Source: Pseudomonadota bacterium (lineage in GTDB: Bacteria > Pseudomonadota > Alphaproteobacteria > RF32 > CAG-239). From it: a DNA stretch of 29,395 bases. The DNA lies in NCBI GenBank assembly GCA_918234285.1, contig CAKJXZ020000031.1, positions 1 to 29,395 of the forward strand, in the 5' to 3' direction. How positions within the stretch are numbered: the stretch's first letter is position 1; every line of letters starts with the position of its first letter. The notes beneath the pieces are model-generated. The model worked only from the letters and a program-made list of their open reading frames with translations. It had not been told where the DNA came from and made no database searches. A program made the translations under genes and the position numbers. Of the stretch, positions 7,270-17,680 are shown one piece after another.

Positions 7270-8244
7270 TTAAAGGCGTACAACCGCGCCACCCCAAGTG
7301 AATCCGGCGCCCATAGCGGTCAAAACAACCAAATCGCCCTTGCGGATTTTACCCGATTCGATATTTTCAGACAAAGCTAACGGAATGGATGCAGCAGAGG
7401 TATTACCATGATGGTCAACCGCCACAATAACCTTTTCTTTAGGGATTTCCAAATGCTCGCCCACACCGTCAATAATACGAATATTGGCTTGATGCGGCAC
7501 CAACCAATCAACGTCGTCCTTGTTGACTTGGGCTTTTTGGATTGCAGTTTCGGCTGCTTCGGAAAGGCTGACCACGGCATGTTTGAAAACTTCCTTGCCG
7601 TTCATCTGTACAAATCCGGCATTTTGAGTGGTGGAAACACCGCCGTTGGTGTATAAATTGTCGTATTGGCTGCCGTCGGCATAAATGCAGGTACTGAGCA
7701 CTCCGGTATCGGTACTGTTGCCGGCACCTTCACGGGCGCGCAACACGGCCGCGCCGGCGCCGTCGCCAAACAAAACGCAAGTGTTGCGATCAGTCCAATC
7801 CACAATTTTGGAAAGACGTTCCGCCCCGATAATTACGGCAGTTTTGACCTGTCCCAAACGAATCATGTTGTCGGCCAAAGTCAGGGCATATACAAAACCC
7901 GAGCAGGCAGCGGAAATATCAAAAGCCGGAGTCCCCGGTTTAACACCGAGAATTTTGCCGACTTTGATGGCACTTGACGGAGTGGTGTTATCCGGAGTTA
8001 CCGAAGCCAAAATGATTAAATCAATATCTTGAGGTGTGATTTTTGCTTGTTGCAAGGCTGCCGAGGTTGCTTTTGCCGCCATTTCCGCCGTGGTTTCGTC
8101 TTCGGAAACATGCCGACTGCGAATGCCGGTGCGAGTCCGAATCCATTCGTCGTTGGTTTCTACCATTTGCGACAAATCGTCATTGGTTAGGATTTTTTTC
8201 GGCAGATAGTGCCCGAAGCCGATAAATTCGCTTCTAATAAACAT
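7270..8244 (-). CDS. fabH: Beta-ketoacyl-ACP synthase III
   Basis: Motifs WIRTRTGI, AACSGF (catalytic Cys), FGDGAGA, PHQANIRI, GNTSAASIP and GAGFTWG. Confidence 0.97.
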   Translation of the reverse strand: MFIRSEFIGFGHYLPKKILTNDDLSQMVETNDEWIRTRTGIRSRHVSEDETTAEMAAKATSAALQQAKITPQDIDLIILASVTPDNTTPSSAIKVGKILGVKPGTPAFDISAACSGFVYALTLADNMIRLGQVKTAVIIGAERLSKIVDWTDRNTCVLFGDGAGAAVLRAREGAGNSTDTGVLSTCIYADGSQYDNLYTNGGVSTTQNAGFVQMNGKEVFKHAVVSLSEAAETAIQKAQVNKDDVDWLVPHQANIRIIDGVGEHLEIPKEKVIVAVDHHGNTSAASIPLALSENIESGKIRKGDLVVLTAMGAGFTWGGAVVRL

Positions 8245-9298
8245 CGTATAAAATATCCTGCGATAACTCGTCTAAATCAACATGTTCAACTTCATCGCGT
8301 ATAGTCTGAACAAAGTTTTGACGCACCAACTTGGAAGCATTGTCAATCGCATATGAAAAACCTATGGCATCGGTTCCGCCATGGCTTTTAACCGACAAAC
8401 CGTTGAGCCCGACAAACATGGCCCCGTTATATTTGCGCGGGTCCATCTGTTTTTTCATCGCCATAACGGCCGGCAACAAAAACGGCAGACCGATTTTGGC
8501 CCATATCGATTTTTTGATGGTTGACTTCAGCATACCGGAAATCAATTTCGCCGTGCCTTCCATGGTTTTTAAGGCAATATTACCGGTAAACCCGTCGGAA
8601 ACAATTACATCGGCATAACCTTCGCCGATTTGGTGCGGTTCGATATAGCCGATAAAGTTCAAATCAAGGTGCGTACTCTTAATCATCTTTGCCGCCTGAT
8701 GAATTTCTTCGCGGCCCTTCATTTCTTCGGCACCGATATTCAAAAGGGCAATACGCGGGCGCTCAATTTCCAGCGTATGCTTGGCTAAGATGTTGCCGAT
8801 AATGGCAAATTCTGCCAGGTTGACGGCGCTACACTCGGTGTTTGCACCCAAATCAAGCATAACGCACATCCCGTTTTTATGTGGAATATTGGTGCAAATA
8901 GCCGGACGATGAATACGTTGAATGGTTTTTAAAATCATTTTGGATATAGCCATTAAGGCGCCGGTATTTCCGGCGGACATAACGGCCGCGGCTTCGCCCT
9001 TGCGCACGGCATCAATAGCCATGTACATACTGGTATTTTTGTTGCGAATAACCTGCGACGGCTTATCTTCGTTGTGTACGAACTCCGCGGTGTGAATAAC
9101 TTTACAATAGCTGTTCATTTGCGGAAAACGCTTCAAATCGGCATTGATTTTTTCTTCATCGCCGAACAACAAAAACTTAATATCGGGATTGTTCTTATGA
9201 GCCAGATTAATCCCTTCTACTACGATACGAGGGGAATTATCTCCCCCCATCGCATCGACCGATATGACCAGATTATTTTCAGACAAAACCTGCTCCAT
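8234..9298 (-). CDS. plsX: Phosphate acyltransferase PlsX
   Basis: Motifs VDAMGGD, SAGNTGALM, LDLGAN, LLNIGAEEMKG, DGFTGNIALK and KSHG. Located between rpmF and fabH. Confidence 0.97.
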   Translation of the reverse strand: MEQVLSENNLVISVDAMGGDNSPRIVVEGINLAHKNNPDIKFLLFGDEEKINADLKRFPQMNSYCKVIHTAEFVHNEDKPSQVIRNKNTSMYMAIDAVRKGEAAAVMSAGNTGALMAISKMILKTIQRIHRPAICTNIPHKNGMCVMLDLGANTECSAVNLAEFAIIGNILAKHTLEIERPRIALLNIGAEEMKGREEIHQAAKMIKSTHLDLNFIGYIEPHQIGEGYADVIVSDGFTGNIALKTMEGTAKLISGMLKSTIKKSIWAKIGLPFLLPAVMAMKKQMDPRKYNGAMFVGLNGLSVKSHGGTDAIGFSYAIDNASKLVRQNFVQTIRDEVEHVDLDELSQDILYDVY

Positions 9299-9320
9299 AT
9301 AAAAAATTAGTTTTTAAAAG

Positions 9321-9506
9321 TTATTTTGCAACTTTTTGCGCAACAACTTCTTTGCTGTCATATTGTCCGCACTTCGGGCAAACATGATGCGGTCTTTTCA
9401 ATTCGCCGCAGTTCGGGCATTCCTGATAAGCGTTCGGAGTGAGCGCATCATGAGAACGACGCATATCGCGACGAGATTTTGATACTTTTTTCTTAGGTGT
9501 AGCCAT
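9321..9506 (-). CDS. rpmF: 50S ribosomal protein L32 (zinc-ribbon type)
   Basis: [19 protein letters not shown]...[18 protein letters not shown]. Confidence 0.97.
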   Translation of the reverse strand: MATPKKKVSKSRRDMRRSHDALTPNAYQECPNCGELKRPHHVCPKCGQYDSKEVVAQKVAK

Positions 9507-9736
9507 TTTACTTCTCTTTTAGTTAATTAATTACACAAACATTCGGCGCATTAATTAGCATACTTTTATTTAAAAAGCAAGCAAAATAACGCGACCGAAC
9601 AATTATGCTTCCTTTTATATAGTTTTTTTAGGATTTGCAAGCATTTTTTTTGCTTTTTTGCATTATTTTAGATATAAGCCGCAAAAAGGCTTATACCGAC
9701 GATGTATTAAGTGCGCGCGGTTTGATAAAAATAACC

Positions 9737-10498
9737 TTATTTCAGCTTGTTCCAGCCGGATCTTTGCGGTTGCTGTTGCGGTTGCGGCTGAGTTTCCTCC
9801 GGCGCTTCGTTACCCCATTTTTTGCGCGGGGTACTGGTCGGAGCATTCAGACGAATCATCTCTTTCTGTGCCTGAGTTTGCGGCTGGCCGTTGGCAACCA
9901 TTTGTCCGAGCAGGGCCGGGGAATAGAACTTTTCCTCAAGTTTAGAATATGCACCGACAATCTGTTCGACAATCGCGCTGCCCGGTGTGGCATTCAAAAT
10001 AACCGTATCGCTACCGTGGAAGAAGGTCAGCGACGGGCACGGATACGAGAGTAAAACATCGGTGTGGTCCAAACCGTAAATATAGCGCAACATTACCTTT
10101 GGTGCAATTTCGCAGTTGGAAACGCTGTTGGAATAAATTATACTGCTCTGAAACAAACTGTCCTTGATGAGCTTTTGCCCGACACTCGAGAGTTCGCCGC
10201 AAGAACCTTTAATTGCCAAATCATCCATGGTATAACCGTCGTAGCCTTGCGGTTTATAATCAACGGTATAACAATAAACTTTTTCCGCTTTGTTGATATT
10301 GCGTGCGGCCGCAGCCGGAATCTTACGTTCCAGAAAATCAGACAAAGTGCTTTTGGCTGCGTTGGATTGCGGAATGTTTTGAATGTCTTCGCCCAAAAGG
10401 TCTTCGGCAGAATCACCGAATATATCCGTTTCTTGCGCGCCGGCGGTGCCAAAAGGCAGAATTCCGGCAATTAAAGCGATTAAATATAATTTTTTCAT
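9737..10498 (-). CDS. Secreted hypothetical protein
   Basis: Signal peptide MKKLYLIALIAGILPFGTAGA|QE, AAGGA RBS, four Cys and a P/Q-rich tail. Confidence 0.82.
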   Translation of the reverse strand: MKKLYLIALIAGILPFGTAGAQETDIFGDSAEDLLGEDIQNIPQSNAAKSTLSDFLERKIPAAAARNINKAEKVYCYTVDYKPQGYDGYTMDDLAIKGSCGELSSVGQKLIKDSLFQSSIIYSNSVSNCEIAPKVMLRYIYGLDHTDVLLSYPCPSLTFFHGSDTVILNATPGSAIVEQIVGAYSKLEEKFYSPALLGQMVANGQPQTQAQKEMIRLNAPTSTPRKKWGNEAPEETQPQPQQQPQRSGWNKLK

Positions 10499-10638
10499 GC
10501 TCGTTTCCTTTGTTAAAACGCATTATGAATGTATAATAGTAAAATTCCCGTAAATTTAAACCAAAAATATCACTTTTTTAAGACTTATTTTAGATATTCG
10601 GTTTAAACTTGAGCAAAATATTTAAGGAGACTACGAAC

Positions 10639-11682
10639 ATGTTTGCGTTAATGGATTTGGGACTTTCGGTTGAAATCCGAATGTTTTTTGCGTTTATATC
10701 GGCTTTGGCTTTGAGTTTGGCTTGCGGTACGCCGCTGATTGATTTTTTACATGCCACGCAAAAGAAGGGGCAACCGATTCGCGAGGACGGTCCGCAAAGC
10801 CATCTTAAAACCAAAAAAGGCACACCTACTATGGGTGGGTTGTTGATTTTGGGTACGGCGATATTTTCAATTTTGCTGTTTGCCAATATTTCATACCATT
10901 TCGTATGGGTTAGTTTGTTGGTGTTGCTGGTTTACGGCGCCACCGGTTTTGTGGATGATTATTGGAAAGTTAAACGCCAAAGTTCCAATGCTATGACTGC
11001 CGGTATGAAGCTGTTTTTTCAATTTTTGACGGCGGCTGTGGCGGCAAGCATTATTGTGGCGGCGACTCCGCAAAGCATAAATACAGTGTTACATTTTCCG
11101 GCTTGCGGCTTTTTTATCGGGCTTTCGTGGCTCTATATTCCGTTTGCGGTTATCGTTATGTCGGGCGCTTCCAACGGGGTTAATTTGAGCGACGGCTTAG
11201 ACGGTTTGGCCTCCGGTTTGCTGATTGTGGCCTTTGCGTTCTTTATGGCTGTTGCTTATTTGAGCGGACAGCCGAATGCCGCCGATTTCCATTTGTTATA
11301 TATTCCGCGTTGTGCTGAAGTGGCAGTGGTGTGTGCGGCTTTAATCGGTTCTTGTCTGGGATTCTTATATTTTAATAAGCCGAAGGCACGCGTGTTTATG
11401 GGCGATACCGGTTCGCTCGCTTTGGGCGCGGTTTTGGGCGCTATTGCCATTATGACCAAAAGTGAAATTTTGCTGGCGATTGTCGGCGGGGTGTTTGTTA
11501 TGGAAACCGTGTCGGTTATAATCCAAGTAGCGTATTTTAAACGAACCGGCAAGAGATTCTTCAAGATGGCGCCGATACACCACCATTTTGAGCAACTCGG
11601 ATGGAGTGAGAAGAAGGTGGTGTTCAGTTTTTGGACTGTGGCGCTTATTCTTGCACTTATTGGTGCTTGTGCCTTGATATAG
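10639..11682 (+). CDS. mraY: Phospho-N-acetylmuramoyl-pentapeptide transferase
   Basis: Motifs KKGTPTMGG, GFVDDY, SNGVNLSDGLDGLA, VFMGDTGSLALG and MAPIHHHFE. AAGGAG RBS before ATG 10639. Confidence 0.97.
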   Translation: MFALMDLGLSVEIRMFFAFISALALSLACGTPLIDFLHATQKKGQPIREDGPQSHLKTKKGTPTMGGLLILGTAIFSILLFANISYHFVWVSLLVLLVYGATGFVDDYWKVKRQSSNAMTAGMKLFFQFLTAAVAASIIVAATPQSINTVLHFPACGFFIGLSWLYIPFAVIVMSGASNGVNLSDGLDGLASGLLIVAFAFFMAVAYLSGQPNAADFHLLYIPRCAEVAVVCAALIGSCLGFLYFNKPKARVFMGDTGSLALGAVLGAIAIMTKSEILLAIVGGVFVMETVSVIIQVAYFKRTGKRFFKMAPIHHHFEQLGWSEKKVVFSFWTVALILALIGACALI

Positions 11683-11692
11683 GGGAGCGGAT

Positions 11693-12823
11693 ATGGTCAG
11701 TTTTTCACGCAGAAGTCACAGCGCTCTTTCCAAATGGTTATGGACCGTTGATAAAGTTATTTTATTTGTATCGTTGGCCTTGCTTACCATCGGCATTATT
11801 CTCGATGTGACGGCCAGTCCGGCGGTGGCGCGCACCATTCATGTCGACGACTTTTGGTTTGTGCGCAAACAGGTATGCTACGTGTTGGCTTCGGTTGTGG
11901 TGATTTTTGTGCTGTCCATGTTTAAACTTCGCACCATTCGCCAGATTTCGCTGGCTGGTATTATTGTGGTCGGTGCGCTGTTGGTGCTGACTCTGTTTTT
12001 CGGATTTGAAACCAAGGGCGCCAAGCGCTGGATCAGTTTGTTCGGCTTTTCAATGCAGGCCTCCGAATTTATGAAACCGATATTAATTATTGTTACGGCA
12101 TGGTTGCTTGATTGCGGCAAAAAATACGACTACTTTCCGGGAATGTGGATTTCGATTCTGTTGTTCGGTGTCGTGGCCGGATTGCTGTTGTTGCAACCGG
12201 ATGTCGGTATGACTTTATTAATGACCGCCGTGTTCGGATTGCAACTGTTTTTGGCCGGGTTGCCACTGTTTATCGTGGTGGTTTTGGCCTTGGTGGGCGT
12301 AGGCGGTCTGTTCGGACTTTATTTCCTGTTTCCGCACTTCCATGCGCGTGTAGACCAGTTTTTATACGGCAGCGACGAAACCAGCTACCAAATCAATAAG
12401 GCTATGCAGGCTTTTCAAAACGGCAATTTAATCGGTAAAGGACCGGGCGAAGGCACAGTAAAGCTTAATATTCCGGATGCGCATACCGACTTCGTGTTTG
12501 CCGTGGCCGGAGAAGAATACGGTGTGTGGCTTTGCCTGATTATCATCGCTTTGTTTGCGGTTATTGTGATACGCACGTTGCGCATTGCCTTAAAAGAAAC
12601 CAATTTGTTTGTAATGTATGCCGAAGTGGGTTTGGCTGCTTCCATCGGTTTACAGGCATTTGTTAATATGGCATCATCGTTGCATATTATTCCGACCAAA
12701 GGTATGACATTGCCGTTTATTTCATATGGCGGTTCTTCATTGTTGGCCAGCGCCATCGAAATCGGAATGTTGTTGGCCATAACCCGTCAAAATACGGCAT
12801 CGGAGGATAAGGATTTATATTGA
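11693..12823 (+). CDS. ftsW: SEDS peptidoglycan glycosyltransferase FtsW
   Basis: Motifs GAKRWI, QASEFMK, QPDVG, PDAHTDFVF and PTKGMTLPFISYGGSS. dcw context. Confidence 0.96.
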   Translation: MVSFSRRSHSALSKWLWTVDKVILFVSLALLTIGIILDVTASPAVARTIHVDDFWFVRKQVCYVLASVVVIFVLSMFKLRTIRQISLAGIIVVGALLVLTLFFGFETKGAKRWISLFGFSMQASEFMKPILIIVTAWLLDCGKKYDYFPGMWISILLFGVVAGLLLLQPDVGMTLLMTAVFGLQLFLAGLPLFIVVVLALVGVGGLFGLYFLFPHFHARVDQFLYGSDETSYQINKAMQAFQNGNLIGKGPGEGTVKLNIPDAHTDFVFAVAGEEYGVWLCLIIIALFAVIVIRTLRIALKETNLFVMYAEVGLAASIGLQAFVNMASSLHIIPTKGMTLPFISYGGSSLLASAIEIGMLLAITRQNTASEDKDLY

Positions 12824-13725
12824 TGAACGGCGAGCCGAATATGAAAAATTTACCGAAAGTTCGCGGGGAGTATAAGTTTTTTGAACCGCTTAAAGGGTAT
12901 ACTTGGCTTAACGTCGGAGGCCCGGCCGATGTAATGTTTTTCCCGGCCGACGAAGATGATTTAAGAGATTTTTTGCGGCAGAAAAACAAAAACATACCGT
13001 TGTTTGTGTTGGGCGGCGGCTCCAATTTGTTGGTGCGCGACGGAGGTATGAACGGAGTGGTCATAAAACTTAAAAATCCGTCGTTTGCCAAATGTAAAAT
13101 TGAAAACGATATATTATATTGCGGGGCCGGTTGTACCAATTTTTCCCTCAAAAAAACGGTTGCGGAAAACGGCTTGGGCGGTTTGGAATTTTTATGTTCG
13201 ATTCCGGGAACTACGGGAGGAGCCGTCCGCGGTAATGCCGGTTGTTTCGGTTCGGACATGTCTAAGGTTGTATCTGCGGTTAAAATAATGTCGGCCGACG
13301 GAGAGGTGCGCACTCTTAACAATGCCGAATGCGGTTTTTCCTATCGCCGCAGTAACTTCGGTGATGATGACATTATTTTGGAAATCGGTTTGCGTTTTGA
13401 GCGCAAAGACCCGGCAGAGGTGGCGGAGATAATCGAGCAAAATGCCGAATATCGGCGCACACATCAGCCGCAAGGGATTAAAACTGCCGGCTCGACTTTC
13501 AAAAATCCCGAAGGAATGGCGGCGTGGAAATTGATTAAAGAAGCCGGCGGTGACGCTATGGTTTGCGGCAAGGCCAAGATGTCGGCGCAGCATTGCAACT
13601 TTTTGCATAATGAGGGAGATAGCGCTGCCGATATCGAAAAATTATGCGATTCTATCGCTGCGGCCGTTAAACAAAAAAGCGGGGTTACTTTGGAACGGGA
13701 AGTTAAGATTGTAGGTCGGGAGTAA
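12823..13725 (+). CDS. murB: UDP-N-acetylenolpyruvoylglucosamine reductase
   Basis: Motifs VGGPAD, GGGSNLLVRD, IPGTTGGAVRGNAG, FSYRRS, GSTFKNP and LEREV. Start may be 12823 or 12841. Confidence 0.95.
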   Translation: MNGEPNMKNLPKVRGEYKFFEPLKGYTWLNVGGPADVMFFPADEDDLRDFLRQKNKNIPLFVLGGGSNLLVRDGGMNGVVIKLKNPSFAKCKIENDILYCGAGCTNFSLKKTVAENGLGGLEFLCSIPGTTGGAVRGNAGCFGSDMSKVVSAVKIMSADGEVRTLNNAECGFSYRRSNFGDDDIILEIGLRFERKDPAEVAEIIEQNAEYRRTHQPQGIKTAGSTFKNPEGMAAWKLIKEAGGDAMVCGKAKMSAQHCNFLHNEGDSAADIEKLCDSIAAAVKQKSGVTLEREVKIVGRE

Positions 13726-13729
13726 AAGA

Positions 13730-14536
13730 ATGGTTGCTGCGGATAATAAAGTATATGAAAGTGTTATCTGGCCGTATCGGTTGCTCGGCAATTTTCTGTT
13801 GTTGGGAGTGATTTGGCTGCTGACTCTGGGCGTAATTACGGTGCGTCACAATTTGGTCGGCAAGCAAATAGATTCGCTGCTTGATGAAATATACGATAAA
13901 ACGGCGGCCATCGGCTGGGGCTTAAATGATATTACGCTGGAAGGGCGTCGCAAAACTTCAAAAGAAGATGTTTTGCGTGTTATCGGCTTAAAACGCGGCG
14001 ATAATATTTTGGAAATCGACTTAGACGATGTGATGGAAAAAATTCAGACACTGCCGTGGGTGAAACGGGCTGTGGTATCGCGCCGCTATTTTCCGAATGT
14101 TATCCATATCAGTATTCAGGAAAAGAACGTTAAATCCATTTGGCAATATAAAAACGAATTTTATCCGATTGATGAAGACGGCAATATAATAGAAACCGAG
14201 TTTGTGCCGGAGAAAAATCTGTTGCTGATTGTGGGCGAGGGGGCGCCTGAGCATTTTAATGCCTTACTTAAAGTGGTCGAGAAAAATAAAGACCTGTTCG
14301 GACGATTGAAAGCAGCAAATTTTATCTCAAATCGCCGCTGGAATCTGGTGTTTGACGATATTGAAAACGGCGTTACGGTGAAGATGCCGGAAGAAAATTT
14401 TGAAGAAGCTTGGAAAAAATTGGTAAAATTGGATAAAACGCGCGGTATTCTTAAACGTAAATTAACCTTCGTTGATTTAAGATTGAAAAATAAGGTTATT
14501 GTACGTTTGGATACTTCCGACGACAACGCCGACTAA
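13730..14536 (+). CDS. ftsQ: Cell division protein FtsQ/DivIB
   Basis: Single TM helix, POTRA 'LPWVKRAVVSRRYFPNVIHISIQE', 'IDEDG', 'RRWNL' and C-terminal 'VDLRLKNKVIVR'. Lies upstream of ftsA. Confidence 0.92.
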   Translation: MVAADNKVYESVIWPYRLLGNFLLLGVIWLLTLGVITVRHNLVGKQIDSLLDEIYDKTAAIGWGLNDITLEGRRKTSKEDVLRVIGLKRGDNILEIDLDDVMEKIQTLPWVKRAVVSRRYFPNVIHISIQEKNVKSIWQYKNEFYPIDEDGNIIETEFVPEKNLLLIVGEGAPEHFNALLKVVEKNKDLFGRLKAANFISNRRWNLVFDDIENGVTVKMPEENFEEAWKKLVKLDKTRGILKRKLTFVDLRLKNKVIVRLDTSDDNAD

Positions 14537-14570
14537 GCTGTTTAAACATAAATTTATAAGGGTAAAAACA

Positions 14571-15812
14571 TTGAATCATCCGACTATTGCCGCTTTGGAT
14601 ATCGGCTCATCTAAAGTTTGTTGCATAATTGCGCATGTCAATAAAGATAAAAAGATAAAAATAGCCGGGTACGGCTACAATGCTTCTTCCGGTATTAAAA
14701 ACGGCGTTATTACCGATATTAATCAGGCCACCATTTCCGTATGTAATGCGGTGGAAGCGGCCGAACAAAAAGCGCACGAGCGTATAAACAGCGTTATTCT
14801 TAACGTTTCCGGCGATAAAACCTCTTCATATAACCGCAGTTCTTCGATTTCGTTGAAACGTAACCGTCCTATCGGGGAAACGGACCTCAATAAGGTTATG
14901 GAAAAAGGATTAACCAAAATCAATGTCGGCAATAACGAGCTGATTCACTGCCTTTTGACCAATTATAAGGTTGATGGCGGCGAAGATATCAAAGATCCGC
15001 GCAATATTTACGGGGAAGAATTGGCAGTTAATATTTTGCTTGGTATGTATCCGAGTCTGCCGTACCGTAATTTGGCATCGGTGGTCGAGGCAGCGCGTTT
15101 GGGAATTGATACTAAAGTTTTAACGGCTTACGCTTCGGGTATTGCCTGTTTGGTTGAGGATGAGCGCGAATACGGCGCTACGATTGTCGATATCGGCGGA
15201 GGAACTACAAGTATTGCAACGTTTAAGGGCGGCTTTCCGGTGGCATTTTCCACCATTCCGGTCGGAGGTATCAATATCACCCGTGACATTACGCGCGGTT
15301 TAACCACCTCTTTTGAACACGCCGAGGATTTGAAAATCAGGAGCGGTTGCGCCTTCAATGTCGGCCACGACGAGCGCGAAACCATCAATGTATATCCTTT
15401 GGGCGAAGAGGATGATAGCTCGATTCGGCAGATGAAACGCGCCGATTTGAACCGGATTATTGCGCCGCGAGTTGAAGAAATGTTTGAATTGGTGGCACAT
15501 AAACTTGATGCTCACGGTTTGCATAACCGGCAAAACCATCGCGTGGTACTGACCGGCGGTTGCAGCCAGTTGGTGGGAATCCGCGAAGTGGCCAATATGA
15601 TTTTGGATAAACAGGTACGTTTAGGCGGACCGCGCAATATTCAGGGTGTGCCGGAACAGCTTAATAATAATCCGATTTTTTCAACGGCACTCGGTATGTT
15701 GCTGTTTGAAACCAATAATATCGAGCGCAAGCCGAAAAAGGTTATCAGCCACGTTTCCGGCGAGGGTAACCGATTCACCAAAATATTTAATTGGATACGC
15801 CAAAATTCGTAA
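14571..15812 (+). CDS. ftsA: Cell division protein FtsA
   Basis: Motifs ALDIGSSKVCC, VDIGGGTT, GGINITRDI and VLTGGCSQL, plus a C-terminal amphipathic helix FTKIFNWIRQN. Probable TTG start at 14571. Confidence 0.95.
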   Translation: MNHPTIAALDIGSSKVCCIIAHVNKDKKIKIAGYGYNASSGIKNGVITDINQATISVCNAVEAAEQKAHERINSVILNVSGDKTSSYNRSSSISLKRNRPIGETDLNKVMEKGLTKINVGNNELIHCLLTNYKVDGGEDIKDPRNIYGEELAVNILLGMYPSLPYRNLASVVEAARLGIDTKVLTAYASGIACLVEDEREYGATIVDIGGGTTSIATFKGGFPVAFSTIPVGGINITRDITRGLTTSFEHAEDLKIRSGCAFNVGHDERETINVYPLGEEDDSSIRQMKRADLNRIIAPRVEEMFELVAHKLDAHGLHNRQNHRVVLTGGCSQLVGIREVANMILDKQVRLGGPRNIQGVPEQLNNNPIFSTALGMLLFETNNIERKPKKVISHVSGEGNRFTKIFNWIRQNS

Positions 15813-15900
15813 AAATGGTAACTAAAACTTAATTTATTTGCGCTAAATTCAAGGCAGTGAATAATGTAATTTTGCATAAAACCAACGGGAGAATGAATAC

Positions 15901-17604
15901 ATGTCTATAAATTTGGGAGTGGCCGATACCACAGTTTCTTACTTAAAGCCGCGTATTGCGGTTGTCGGAGTCGGGGGCGGCGGCGGTAATGCCGTTAATA
16001 ATATGATTGCGCAAAATCTTGAAGGAGTCGATTTTATTGTGGCTAATACGGATGCGCAAGCCTTGGCTCATTCTTCCGCCAGTAAAAAAATTCAGCTCGG
16101 CTTGGAAATTACGCAAGGACTGGGTGCAGGTGCCAGACCGGAAATCGGTAAAATGGCAGCCGAAGAAGCCAAGGATAAAATCGCCGAGTCGCTTGAGGGG
16201 GTAAATATGGTATTTATCACGGCCGGCATGGGCGGCGGTACCGGTTCGGGTGCTGCTCCGGTGGTTGCACATATTGCCAAAGAAAAAGGCATTCTGACAG
16301 TGGGCGTTGTAACCAAACCGTTCAGCTTTGAGGGCAAAAAACGCATGGAAATCGCCGATAAGTCGCTTGAAAACTTTATTCAGGAAGTTGACAGTATCAT
16401 CGTTATTCCGAATCAGAATCTGTTTAATATCGCCAACGAAAACACAACTTTGTCCGAAGCCTTCAAAATGGCAGATAACGTTTTGTATTCCGGCGTGCGT
16501 TCCATTACCGACCTAATGATGATGCCGGGTTTGATTAATTTGGACTTTGCCGATGTTAAAAATATTATGGAAGACAAGGGTAAGGCTATTATGGGAACCG
16601 GTGAGGCCGAAGGTAAAGGTCGTGCCCGTGAGGCTGCTCATCAGGCATTATCCAATCCGCTTTTGGACGATTGCTCGTTGCAAGGCGCTAAAGGCGTGTT
16701 GATTAACATTACCGGCAGTCAGGATATTACCTTGCCGGAACTCGATGAAGCAGCCAATATCATTAAGGAAGAAGTCGGTGATGATGCCAATATCATCTTC
16801 GGTTCCAGCTACGACGACAATCTGTCGGGCAAAATCCGCGTTTCCATCGTGGTAACCGGCATTAACGACGGTATGCCGCGTATTGTGGAGAAAAAGCCGG
16901 TGGCAGAAGAGCCTTCGCTGATTGACCAGAGTTATGACGACAATACTTATGTGCCGACGGTTGAAGAACCGGTAACCGATTTTGCACCGATATCTTTGGA
17001 TTCGAGTACTATTTCGTTTACCACACCGGATGAAATCGAAAATCCGACCATCAGCTTCTCCGATTTGGACGACGATGCCGATGTGATTGAACTTACACCG
17101 CAAGACAGCGTTGAGCAAATGGCACTCGATAATGATTTCGCTTCGCTCGATAAATCAGAAGAAATGCCGGAAATGCCGCAGGCTTCGTCTTTGTTTAATG
17201 CCATTATGAACGGCGACAACAAAGTTGAAGAAAATGAAAAGGCCGATATGGAATTGAATTCCGTTGCACCGAGTGATGATTTCTTTGCTTCTCGTTTGAA
17301 TATCGAGAATTTACCTGCAAACGAAGAAGAACCGATTATGTTTGCCAATAATGACACCAGTATGTTTAAAGATGTTGCTCCGGCCGAGCCGGAACCGGAA
17401 GCTCCGGTGTTTGAGGAAGAAGAAAGCCGTCCGAATTTTATTGAACGGGTAATCGGTATTTCGCGCGCACGTCGCAAGAGTCACGAAGAACCGGAAGTTA
17501 AAAACACCAGACTGTTTGAAGAACAGCAAAAGACCGGAACCGACGATGGTTTCGATTTGTCGGGTGAGGACTTGGATATTCCGTCGTTCTTGCGCCGCAA
17601 ATAA
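15901..17604 (+). CDS. ftsZ: Cell division protein FtsZ with long acidic linker
   Basis: Motifs [20 protein letters not shown] and [10 protein letters not shown], plus C-terminal peptide [10 protein letters not shown]. Confidence 0.98.
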   Translation: MSINLGVADTTVSYLKPRIAVVGVGGGGGNAVNNMIAQNLEGVDFIVANTDAQALAHSSASKKIQLGLEITQGLGAGARPEIGKMAAEEAKDKIAESLEGVNMVFITAGMGGGTGSGAAPVVAHIAKEKGILTVGVVTKPFSFEGKKRMEIADKSLENFIQEVDSIIVIPNQNLFNIANENTTLSEAFKMADNVLYSGVRSITDLMMMPGLINLDFADVKNIMEDKGKAIMGTGEAEGKGRAREAAHQALSNPLLDDCSLQGAKGVLINITGSQDITLPELDEAANIIKEEVGDDANIIFGSSYDDNLSGKIRVSIVVTGINDGMPRIVEKKPVAEEPSLIDQSYDDNTYVPTVEEPVTDFAPISLDSSTISFTTPDEIENPTISFSDLDDDADVIELTPQDSVEQMALDNDFASLDKSEEMPEMPQASSLFNAIMNGDNKVEENEKADMELNSVAPSDDFFASRLNIENLPANEEEPIMFANNDTSMFKDVAPAEPEPEAPVFEEEESRPNFIERVIGISRARRKSHEEPEVKNTRLFEEQQKTGTDDGFDLSGEDLDIPSFLRRK

Positions 17605-17619
17605 GATTGAATAATCTAT

Positions 17620-17662
17620 AAAAAAAATCCCGACCTTCCATCAAGAAAGTCGGGATTTTTTT
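17620..17662. terminator. Bidirectional terminator between ftsZ and atpC
   Basis: AAAAAAAATCCCGAC...GTCGGGATTTTTTT. Confidence 0.9.
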
Positions 17663-17680
17663 GTTCTGAAAATTACACCA

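Noticed and set aside
15818-15832. CtrA-box-like GTAA-N7-TTAA upstream of ftsZ
   Set aside because: One mismatch to consensus in a very AT-rich spacer; not distinguishable from chance without knowing ctrA is present.
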